64,000 nucleotides of DNA from Terriglobia bacterium (GTDB lineage Bacteria; Acidobacteriota; Terriglobia; Bryobacterales; JACQDG01), in assembly GCA_041482115.1 (NCBI GenBank), contig JBGPDC010000004.1:354-64353 (forward strand), read 5' to 3'. The notes beneath the pieces are model-generated. The model saw nothing but the letters and a program-made list of their open reading frames with translations. It did not search any database and was not told where the DNA came from. This document shows, in pieces, positions 1 to 7,445 of the stretch. The stretch's first letter is position 1. The number at the start of each line of letters is the position of its first letter. The position numbers were made by a program, and so were the translations under genes.

Positions 1-8
1 TGGAGGAG

Positions 9-1127
9 GTGCTGCGGTTGTACCGGGAGGTCTACTACGACTTCAACCTCCGCCACTTCCACGAGAGACTACGGGAGGCGCACGAGATCCGGCTCAGTTA
101 CACGTGGGTGCAGAAGGCCCTGCAAGGAGCGGGACTGGTGGCGAAGCGGCGCCGGCGCGGCCCCCACCGGCGGAGGCGGCCGCGGCGTCCCCTGCCGGGC
201 ATGCTGCTGCACATCGACGGCAGTAAGCACCGCTGGCTGAACGACGGACACTGGTACGACCTGATTGTGATTCTGGACGACGCCACCAGCGAGATCTACT
301 ATGCGCAGTTGGTGGAGGAGGAGTCGACGCGGACGGTGATGGTGGCGCTCCGCGAGGTGATCGAGACCCAGGGGTTGTTCTGCGCGTTATACAGCGACCG
401 GGGGAGTCACTTTTTCGTGACGCCGAAGGCGGGAGAGAAGGTGGACAAGCACCGGTTGACGCAGGTGGGGCGGGCGATGAAGGATCTGGGGATACAGATG
501 ATTCCGGCCTACTCGCCGCAGGCGCGGGGGCGCTCGGAGCGGAGCTTCGGGACCTGGCAGGGCCGGTTGCCACAGGAGCTGCGACTAGCTGGAATCACGA
601 CAAGGGAGGCGGCGAATCGGTTCTTGCGCGCGGGTTATATCGCCGCGTTCAATGCCCAGTTCACCAGCCCGGCGGCGGCGAAAGGAACGGCGTTCCGGCG
701 CTGCGGCCGCACGGACCTGAACTGGGTCTTTACCGTGCAGACGGAACGGGTGGTGGCGAAGGACAACACCGTGGCGATGGGGGAGCGTAGCTGGCAACTG
801 GAGAAGACGCGGTTCCGGCACACCTTGGCGGGTCAGACGGTCACCATCCACGAGCATCTGGACGGGACCGTTTCAGTACGGTGGGGCCCGCATGTGGTGG
901 GTCGCTTCCCGGCCGAGGGTAGTGCGCTGCCGTTGGCAGCGCAGACGGAGCGCCGTGGAAAAGGCGGGAGCCTGGAAGCCGGTGCAAACCAAAAACCGGT
1001 TTCCACCGTCTCCCACCCTCCCTTGGAAATCTCGCCCACCCCGCGAGATTCCCACTTTCCCACCGCGCCGACTACGGCTGGTGCCGTAAAAGCAAAGGCC
1101 AAAACCAAGACCGAGGTGGCGGCCTGA
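9..1127 (+). CDS. ISNCY family DDE (rve-type) transposase, 5' truncated by the window edge
   Basis: Motifs LLHIDGSKHRW, ILDDATS, LYSDRGSHF, AYSPQARGRSERSFGTWQGRL. Confidence 0.9.
   Translation: MLRLYREVYYDFNLRHFHERLREAHEIRLSYTWVQKALQGAGLVAKRRRRGPHRRRRPRRPLPGMLLHIDGSKHRWLNDGHWYDLIVILDDATSEIYYAQLVEEESTRTVMVALREVIETQGLFCALYSDRGSHFFVTPKAGEKVDKHRLTQVGRAMKDLGIQMIPAYSPQARGRSERSFGTWQGRLPQELRLAGITTREAANRFLRAGYIAAFNAQFTSPAAAKGTAFRRCGRTDLNWVFTVQTERVVAKDNTVAMGERSWQLEKTRFRHTLAGQTVTIHEHLDGTVSVRWGPHVVGRFPAEGSALPLAAQTERRGKGGSLEAGANQKPVSTVSHPPLEISPTPRDSHFPTAPTTAGAVKAKAKTKTEVAA
952..1065. repeat. Multibranch inverted-repeat element inside the transposase 3' end
   Basis: Nested stems gccgtggaaaag/ctttcccaccgc, tggaagccggt/accggtttcca, ggaaatctcgc/gcgagattccc. 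Confidence 0.7.
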
Positions 1128-1254
1128 CGGCCGCGGCTTTGTTTCACAAAGCGGACAGATCACGTGTTAATAAAACCGGACAACTTGACGTGTTAACGAC
1201 AGGCGCAGCAGGCTGCGCTATGATGCGGGGGAACAGAAACGACGGAGGTGGGAG

Positions 1255-2127
1255 ATGGCGCAATGGAGCCGCAGAGAATTCGGGGGTCTGGCGGCGGGGG
1301 CGGCGCTCGGAAGCACGCTCGGAACCAAGCTCGATGCGGGGCCGAAAATCAACTCGGTGATTAACGGCGTCGTGGTCGGCGCGCAGAGCTATAGCTTCCG
1401 CGACATGCCGCTCGACGCCATGATCCAGGCCATGACGAAGGTCGGGCTAGGGGTCTGCGAGCTGTGGCAGGGACACCTCGAGCCGCGCCGCGTGCCGCGC
1501 GAGGAGCTGCGGAAATGGCGCCTCACCACGCCGCTGAGCTTCTTCCGGGACGTCGGCAAGAAGTTTCAGACCGCCGGCATCGACCTGTGCGCTTACAACT
1601 ACAGCTTCCGGGACGACTTTACCGACGAGGAGATCGACCGCGGCTTCCAGATGGCCCGGGCCCTGGGCGCCCCGTACATGACGGCGTCTTCTAATGTGAG
1701 CACGGCGGTGCGCGTGGATCCGTTCGCCGAGAAGTACAAGATGCGGGTGGGGATGCACAACCACGCGAGCATCCGCCCGAATGAATTCGCCACACCGGAG
1801 AACTTTGCCGCGGCCATGCAGGGGCGATCACGCTACGTCGCGATCAACCTGGACATCGGCCACTTCACGGGGGCCGGTTTCGACGCGCTGCCCTACCTGC
1901 GGGAGCACTCGAGCGACGTCGTCACTTTGCACATCAAGGACTCGAAGAAGGGCGAAGACGTGATGATGCCCTTTGGCGAGGGGGATGCGCCCATCATGCC
2001 GGTGCTGCAGTTCCTGCGGCAGGAGCGGCTCCGGATTCCCGCCAACATCGAGTACGAGTACAAGGGCGCCGATACGATCACGGAAGTGCAGCGCTGCTTC
2101 GACTACTGCAAGAGGGCGCTGGCGTAG
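1255..2127 (+). CDS. Sugar phosphate isomerase/epimerase (xylose-isomerase-like TIM barrel) with Tat signal
   Basis: SRREFGGL twin-arginine leader; GMHNH, NLDIGH, LHIKD and IEYE metal-binding motifs. Confidence 0.85.
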   Translation: MAQWSRREFGGLAAGAALGSTLGTKLDAGPKINSVINGVVVGAQSYSFRDMPLDAMIQAMTKVGLGVCELWQGHLEPRRVPREELRKWRLTTPLSFFRDVGKKFQTAGIDLCAYNYSFRDDFTDEEIDRGFQMARALGAPYMTASSNVSTAVRVDPFAEKYKMRVGMHNHASIRPNEFATPENFAAAMQGRSRYVAINLDIGHFTGAGFDALPYLREHSSDVVTLHIKDSKKGEDVMMPFGEGDAPIMPVLQFLRQERLRIPANIEYEYKGADTITEVQRCFDYCKRALA

Positions 2128-2140
2128 GGTGGCGCGAAAA

Positions 2141-2169
2141 ACCGCTCCCTCACGGTCGCGGCTCGGTTT
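2141..2169. repeat. REP-like extragenic element
   Basis: accgctccctcacggtcgcggctcggttt between convergent genes; resembles RAYT-associated REP types (from recollection). Confidence 0.5.
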
Positions 2170-2228
2170 CGGAGCAGTCGGGGTTACGGAGTTGTGCGGA
2201 TCGATTACGGAGCGCTGCGAGCCGGGAA

Positions 2229-3044
2229 CTACTTGCCTACGAGGTGGGCGGCGTCCTTTTCGTTTTCCGAACAGAAGTAGTCCAGCATCTCAGTGTTGAG
2301 CACCAGGAACTGGTTCAGCTTAATGGTCCACGGCTTGGTATACGCCTTGGAATCGTCTATCGTGATTTCGATCTCCATTTGCCCGTAATTGAGGCGGCGG
2401 AAACGCTCCGTCATTTTGGCGGCGTCGGTCTGGGGGCTGCCGGCGCGGTCGAGCCAGATGCCGTCATGGAAACCGGCCGTCTCGACGACCAGCGTGTCCC
2501 CCTGCCACTTCGACGTCGAGTAGCCATTCCAGGAGGGCTGCGGGTCGACCGGCTGGGGCCGTCCATCGGTAAAGATCTGCCGGTAGGTCACCTCGCGCTC
2601 GTTGAGAATGACGATCAGTCCGGGAACCTGGATGATCTTCTTCATCAGAGGCGTGAGGTGCATCTTGATGGGGCCGGTGGGCAGACAGTGAGAGCCGGGA
2701 TCGTCCTTCCCGTTTTGCTCGGTCCGCGCCTTCCGGAGAGCCGCCGCCCACGGTTGGAAGGGAAGACCGCCCTTCAGCCCCCAGCCAATGTCCGCGAACT
2801 GCCAGCCGGTCTCCATATCCGCGCAGCCGTCGGGCGGACAGGGCCGGTTTTTCTCCGCCTCCCACATGCCGGAGAAATCCGGCTTGCCGTCGGGGGTCCG
2901 TGGCGTGGGAGCCTTCAGATTCGGCGAGCCGTTGGGCAATTTGGGAACGCCAGCGGTCGGGTAATCCAGCCACTGGGCGGAGAGAGGTGCGCACATCAGA
3001 AGGAGGCCTGCCAGGAGGGCGGTGCGCTTCAACAGGGTTTGCAT
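2229..3044 (-). CDS. Conserved secreted hypothetical protein (usual partner of DUF6152)
   Basis: Signal peptide from MQTLLKR (ATG 3044, GAGG upstream); PRTPDGKPDFSGMW and WQGDTLVVET motifs. Confidence 0.75.
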   Translation of the reverse strand: MQTLLKRTALLAGLLLMCAPLSAQWLDYPTAGVPKLPNGSPNLKAPTPRTPDGKPDFSGMWEAEKNRPCPPDGCADMETGWQFADIGWGLKGGLPFQPWAAALRKARTEQNGKDDPGSHCLPTGPIKMHLTPLMKKIIQVPGLIVILNEREVTYRQIFTDGRPQPVDPQPSWNGYSTSKWQGDTLVVETAGFHDGIWLDRAGSPQTDAAKMTERFRRLNYGQMEIEITIDDSKAYTKPWTIKLNQFLVLNTEMLDYFCSENEKDAAHLVGK

Positions 3045-3051
3045 AGCGGCC

Positions 3052-3459
3052 TCACTTAGCTGGGCCGCCGTCGAAGGACGTTCCAGCAAACACCTTGCGC
3101 CCGTCGCTGAGAGTGACCAGCCTCGCATTCGCAAGATGGGCGCCGTCCTTGGCCAGGTAGCCGGTCACACTAATCGTATCTCCGACTTTGAGCGCATTTC
3201 TGGTCCAACCGCGGCGCAGTAGTCCGTTGGGGCTGCCCAATTCGAATTCCCACTTGACGACAGTACCGCTCTCATCCTTCACGTCGAGGTAGAAGCGGGC
3301 GTGGGGATTCATCCACTCGACTTTGGTCACGGTGCCAGTGATCGCGACCGGCTTATTCGCGTCGTACTCGGCCGCAAAGGAGTGATGAGCGAAGACCGGG
3401 ACCGCGGCCAATATCAAGCCGAGGCCGGCTGCGAGAGCAAGCGAAGATCCCGCTTTCAT
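3052..3459 (-). CDS. DUF6152 family secreted protein
   Basis: Signal peptide then AHHSFAAEYD...VEWMNPH; start at ATG 3459 with GGAGG upstream. Confidence 0.85.
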   Translation of the reverse strand: MKAGSSLALAAGLGLILAAVPVFAHHSFAAEYDANKPVAITGTVTKVEWMNPHARFYLDVKDESGTVVKWEFELGSPNGLLRRGWTRNALKVGDTISVTGYLAKDGAHLANARLVTLSDGRKVFAGTSFDGGPAK

Positions 3460-3578
3460 AGGCTGCCTCCGTACGTGGGGGTAGCTTAGCACACTTGTTG
3501 GCTCGGCCACCTCGACCGAAAGCGGCGCCCGAATTCCCGCATAAATACGGCACCGGAGCGGCTGCTGTTCTGAGCCGG

Positions 3579-3606
3579 AACCCGCGGGCAAATTTGCCCG
3601 CGGGTT
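3579..3606. terminator. Perfect 28-bp palindrome downstream of tsaC; possible terminator or protein-binding site
   Basis: aacccgcgggcaaatttgcccgcgggtt is its own reverse complement. Confidence 0.5.
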
Positions 3607-3618
3607 GGTGGGCCGGCC

Positions 3619-4254
3619 TTAGCCCTTCAGGCACTCGGCGATCTCGGATTCGCTGATGGCGCCCTCGCGGATGATGCGCCAGTAGGGCTCGGTCACGTCC
3701 ACGGTGGTCGCGCCGGGGCCGCTCACTTCACCACCGTCGAGGACCAGGTTCACGTGCTGGTCCATGAAGCCGTACACATCGATGCCACGGCGGCAGGTGG
3801 GCTGGCCGGAGAGGTTGGCGCTGGTGGCGATGATCGGCATGCCCAGCTTCTCGATGATCCCGTTGCAGACTGGGGAGCGGGCCAGGCGCACGGCGAGGCG
3901 GCCGGTGTTGCCGGTGACCTTGAGAGGCAGCTTGGCCGAGGCCGACACGATGAGGGTGAGGGGCCCGGGCCAGAAGTGGCGGGCGAGGAGGTAGAAGCGG
4001 GAGGAGAGGTTCGTAGAGACGTCCTCGGCCATGATCAAGGAATCGACCAGCATGGGGAGCGAACGGTGGATCTCGCGCCGCTTGGCGCGGAAGACCCTAT
4101 CGATGGCATGGAGGTTGAAAGGATCGGCCGCCAGCACATAGAGGGCGTCGGTCGGCATGGCGATGATCTGGCCCTGTCGCACGGCGTCCGCCGCCCGGGC
4201 GAGGAGGCCGGGATCGGGTTGGTGGGGGTCGAACTCGATCAGCTCAGCAGGCAA
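3619..4254 (-). CDS. tsaC: L-threonylcarbamoyladenylate synthase (TsaC/Sua5/YrdC)
   Basis: MPTDALY, KRR, FWPGPLT and TSANLSG motifs. Confidence 0.88.
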   Translation of the reverse strand: MPAELIEFDPHQPDPGLLARAADAVRQGQIIAMPTDALYVLAADPFNLHAIDRVFRAKRREIHRSLPMLVDSLIMAEDVSTNLSSRFYLLARHFWPGPLTLIVSASAKLPLKVTGNTGRLAVRLARSPVCNGIIEKLGMPIIATSANLSGQPTCRRGIDVYGFMDQHVNLVLDGGEVSGPGATTVDVTEPYWRIIREGAISESEIAECLKG

Positions 4255-4261
4255 CTGGAGT

Positions 4262-5068
4262 TTACCTTTGGCAGCCGGGGCAAAAGTAGGTGGATCGTCC
4301 GCCTTGCGGGAGGCGCCGGACCCGCCGGCCGCAGCGCCGGCAGGGAAGGCCCTCGCGCCCGTAGACAGCTACGTCGAACCACTCTCCTTCGGCAAGACCG
4401 CCCGGACGCCGGTAGGCCTCCGCAGCCGATTGTAGCGCATCGGTGAGGACCCCAACAATTGCCGCGTGGAGGCGCACGAGCCGCGCCCGACGCAGTTGGC
4501 CCGCCGGGCGGCGGGGATCGATGGCGGCCCGGTAGAGGGCCTCCGCGGCGTAGATGTTGCCGAGTCCCGCGAGGCGGCGCTGGTCCAGCAGCCAGACCTT
4601 CACCGGCGTTTTGACCCCGTGCGTCATCGTGACGAGGCGCTCGGAGGTAAAGGCGGGGGAGAGTGGATCGGGACCGAGCCTGTCGAGAGCCTGCGGGAGG
4701 CGCTCGGGGTCCACGGCCCGCAGCATGCCGAGACCGCGGGGGTCATCGAAAGCGAGGGCACCGCCGTTGTCGAGGACCAGCCAGGCCGCGACGGTCGAGA
4801 CTCGCAGCCGGGGGTCGGCGAGCGGATAGAGATTCCCCGTCATACGGAGGTGCGCCCAAAGGGTGACGCCTTCGAGATGAATCAGGATGTTTTTGCCGCG
4901 CCGCTTGACCTCGCGATAACGGCGTCCGGCGACGGCGCGAGCGAAGGCCGCGGGCGTCTGGGGCAGGCAGAAGCGGCGGCGCGCGACGTGGGCCGAGACG
5001 ATAGTGCGTCCGGCGAGCGCGTGCCGCACCACCTGGCAGACGGCTTCCACCTCGGGCAGCTCCGGCAT
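4262..5068 (-). CDS. mutM: Formamidopyrimidine-DNA glycosylase
   Basis: MPELPEVE start, HLRMTG, GLGNIYA, C-terminal CRRC...CPGCQ zinc finger. Confidence 0.95.
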   Translation of the reverse strand: MPELPEVEAVCQVVRHALAGRTIVSAHVARRRFCLPQTPAAFARAVAGRRYREVKRRGKNILIHLEGVTLWAHLRMTGNLYPLADPRLRVSTVAAWLVLDNGGALAFDDPRGLGMLRAVDPERLPQALDRLGPDPLSPAFTSERLVTMTHGVKTPVKVWLLDQRRLAGLGNIYAAEALYRAAIDPRRPAGQLRRARLVRLHAAIVGVLTDALQSAAEAYRRPGGLAEGEWFDVAVYGREGLPCRRCGRRVRRLPQGGRSTYFCPGCQR

Positions 5069-5075
5069 GGAGGCG

Positions 5076-6005
5076 CTAGGACTGGGCTGCGGTCAGGATG
5101 ACGGCCGCGGCTCCGAAGATGCCGACATCGGGCCCCAACTGGGCGGGAACGATGGGAATCTCCGCAGCGAAGGGATTGACGGTGCGCTGGGGAGCCGTCT
5201 GGCGGATTTTCGCGAACAACGGGTCGCCGATGCGGCTCACGCCCCCGCCGAGCACGACGATGCTCGGGTCGAGCAGGCTGATCACGCTGCCGAGCCAGGC
5301 TCCGAGCATCTCGCCGGTTTCCTCGATCAGCCGCGCAGCCAGCACGTCGCCGGAGGCCGCCGCCCGCGCGAGATCCTCGGGGCTGGTGGGGCGGCCGAAG
5401 GCTTGGCGGGCGCGCCTGGCGAGGGCCGTGCCGGAGGCCAAGGCCTCGATGCAGCCGGGGCTGCCGCAGTTGCAGATCACGGGGCTGTGGTAGTCAATCG
5501 AAACGTGTCCGCCTTCGGCGGCCGCGCCGTGCTGGCCGTGGTAAACGCGTCCAGCGAGGATCAGGCCGGCGCCGATGCCGGTGTTGAGCGTGGCATAGAA
5601 GACGCTCGAGTGGCCGCGGCCGGCGCCATAGAGGGCCTCGCCCAGGCCGGCACCGTTGGCGTCGTTCTCGACGCGGCAGGACACGCCGGCCCGCCGCTCG
5701 ATCTCCTCGGCGAGCGGTACGTTCACCCAGCCGGGCATGTTGGTGGGATTGAAGACGACGCCGGTCGAGGGGTCGAGCGGTCCGGGGGCGCAGACGCCAA
5801 CGCCCGTCAGCGTCCCGCTGCCGCGCGCTGCTTCGCACAGGTCCTCCAGCAGCCGGTAGACCTCGCCGAGGGAAATCGCCACTCCTTCGGCGGCCCGGGT
5901 AGGACGCTCCCGCCGGTGCAGCAAGCGCGGCTCGGTCGTCAGCACTCCGCCGGCGAGCTTGGTGCCGCCGATGTCGAGGGCGATTACTACAGGGGCGGCG
6001 GGCAT
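5076..6005 (-). CDS. ROK family sugar kinase
   Basis: DIGGTK, VENDAN, EGGH, CNCGSPGCIEA. Confidence 0.9.
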   Translation of the reverse strand: MPAAPVVIALDIGGTKLAGGVLTTEPRLLHRRERPTRAAEGVAISLGEVYRLLEDLCEAARGSGTLTGVGVCAPGPLDPSTGVVFNPTNMPGWVNVPLAEEIERRAGVSCRVENDANGAGLGEALYGAGRGHSSVFYATLNTGIGAGLILAGRVYHGQHGAAAEGGHVSIDYHSPVICNCGSPGCIEALASGTALARRARQAFGRPTSPEDLARAAASGDVLAARLIEETGEMLGAWLGSVISLLDPSIVVLGGGVSRIGDPLFAKIRQTAPQRTVNPFAAEIPIVPAQLGPDVGIFGAAAVILTAAQS

Positions 6006-6412
6006 TAAGGGTCCACCACGGCGTCCGCCTCGATTTCCACGAGCCAGTCGGGGTCGATGAAGCGCACGACCTGCACGACGGTGTTCCCCGGCCGGATCTC
6101 GGCGAAGAATTCCCCGTGCACGCGCGCGACGCTTTCCCAGTCTTCGATGCGGGTGAGCAGGAGGCGGGTCCGCACCACATCGGAGAGGTCCGACCCGAGC
6201 TGGACGAGAGCCGCCTGAATGATCTCGATGGCCCGCCGGGCCTGCGCGGCCGGGTCGCCGTGGCCGACCGTGCGGCCGTCGGGGCCGAGCGGCGCGGTGC
6301 CGGAGACCGCGATCACGTGGCCGGCGCGGACCGCCCGGCAGATTCCCAGACGGGCCTCGAAGGGCGACCCGGTAAACACCCGCCGCTTGGAAGCGGGGTC
6401 CGAAACATTCAT
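6005..6412 (-). CDS. RidA/YjgF family protein (Rid7-like, lacks the catalytic Arg)
   Basis: VSGT, DVVRTR, RPGNTVVQV, LVEIEADA. Confidence 0.85.
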   Translation of the reverse strand: MNVSDPASKRRVFTGSPFEARLGICRAVRAGHVIAVSGTAPLGPDGRTVGHGDPAAQARRAIEIIQAALVQLGSDLSDVVRTRLLLTRIEDWESVARVHGEFFAEIRPGNTVVQVVRFIDPDWLVEIEADAVVDP

Positions 6413-6445
6413 GGCTCTTTACGTTATCATGGGGACGGCCAACCT

Positions 6446-7402
6446 ATGGCGATCCTGACCGTCTCGGCGCAGCCGGGTTTGGGGGTCGACGAGATCGGAC
6501 GCCGCGCTGCCACCGCGCTCGAGTTCGAGTACCTTACCCCGGTGCGGGTGGAGGGCCTCTACGAGTCCGAGTTCGGCGGCGACTCGAAGATCCCGGCGCG
6601 CGGCTATGCCGACGTGGTGGCTTCCATGGCCGCGGGCCTGGCGAGGCGCCACCACCTGGTCTACGGAGGCTTCGACGGCCACTACCTGTTCGGGAACGTT
6701 CCAGACGTGCTCCACGTCGGGATCGTGGCCTCTCCCGGGGCGCGGGCCGGGCACCTCATGGTCGAGCAAAGCCTGGAGCGCAGCGCGGCGAGGGCCGAAC
6801 TCCGGCGCCGAGACCGGGAGCATGCCACTTGGCTCCGGCAGCGCTTTCACCGCGCGAGCTTTTCGGCGGGCCACTTCGACGTCACGCTGAACGCCGAGCG
6901 CTGGGACGCCCCGGTGCTAGCGGAGGCGGTGGTCGCGGCCGCCCGCGTGTTCGGTCTCGACCGCGCACCGTTGCTTTCCGAGACCGCCGAGCGGCAGATC
7001 CAGTTCGAGGCGCGGCTGCGGCTGGCGCGCCTGGGAGCCCGGTTGCCGGGGGCGGTGTCGCTGCGGTCCCGCCAGTTCGCCCACCCGAGCGAGGAGATCT
7101 TCGCGAACCTGCTCGACTTTTACCGCATAGCGTGGGAATATGAGCCGCGCACCTTCCCGATCGAATGGGACGAGCAGGGGCGCGCCATCGAAGCCTTCAC
7201 GCCGGATTTTTACCTGCCCGAGTTTGACCTCTACGTCGAGCTCACCACCATGAAGCAGTCGCTGGTCACTAAGAAAAACCGCAAGATCAAGCGCCTGCGC
7301 GAACTATACCCGGAGGTGAACGTGCAGGTCTTCTACCAGAAGGATTTCGAGAACCTTATCTTCAAGCACGGCCTCGAGCGCACGGCCGAGATGCTGCGGT
7401 GA
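6446..7402 (+). CDS. Cytidylate-kinase-like domain fused to a C-terminal PD-(D/E)XK-like nuclease fold
   Basis: N-terminal ILTVSAQPGLGVDEIGRRAA...FDVTLN; C-terminal WEYEPRTF...FTPDFYLPEFDLYVELTT; start ATG 6446. Confidence 0.7.
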   Translation: MAILTVSAQPGLGVDEIGRRAATALEFEYLTPVRVEGLYESEFGGDSKIPARGYADVVASMAAGLARRHHLVYGGFDGHYLFGNVPDVLHVGIVASPGARAGHLMVEQSLERSAARAELRRRDREHATWLRQRFHRASFSAGHFDVTLNAERWDAPVLAEAVVAAARVFGLDRAPLLSETAERQIQFEARLRLARLGARLPGAVSLRSRQFAHPSEEIFANLLDFYRIAWEYEPRTFPIEWDEQGRAIEAFTPDFYLPEFDLYVELTTMKQSLVTKKNRKIKRLRELYPEVNVQVFYQKDFENLIFKHGLERTAEMLR

Positions 7403-7404
7403 GT

Positions 7405-7436
7405 CCAGAACCGGCCGGTTGCCCGGCCGGTTCTGG
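7405..7436. terminator. Hairpin between convergent genes (likely bidirectional terminator)
   Basis: ccagaaccggccgg-ttgc-ccggccggttctgg, 14-bp perfect stem. Confidence 0.6.
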
Positions 7437-7445
7437 GTCGAAGGA

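Larger units (their letters stand above)
1..1201 (+). mobile_element. ISNCY (IS1202-like) insertion sequence; left end lies outside the window
   Basis: DDE transposase ORF followed by two imperfect direct repeats (agcggacagatcacgtgttaa 1150-1170; accggacaacttgacgtgttaa 1175-1196) and a terminal ...cgACA at 1201. Confidence 0.8.

Noticed and set aside
1185..1224. Hybrid promoter from IS-borne TTGACG and downstream TATGAT
   Set aside because: Spacer is 28 nt, far from 16-18.
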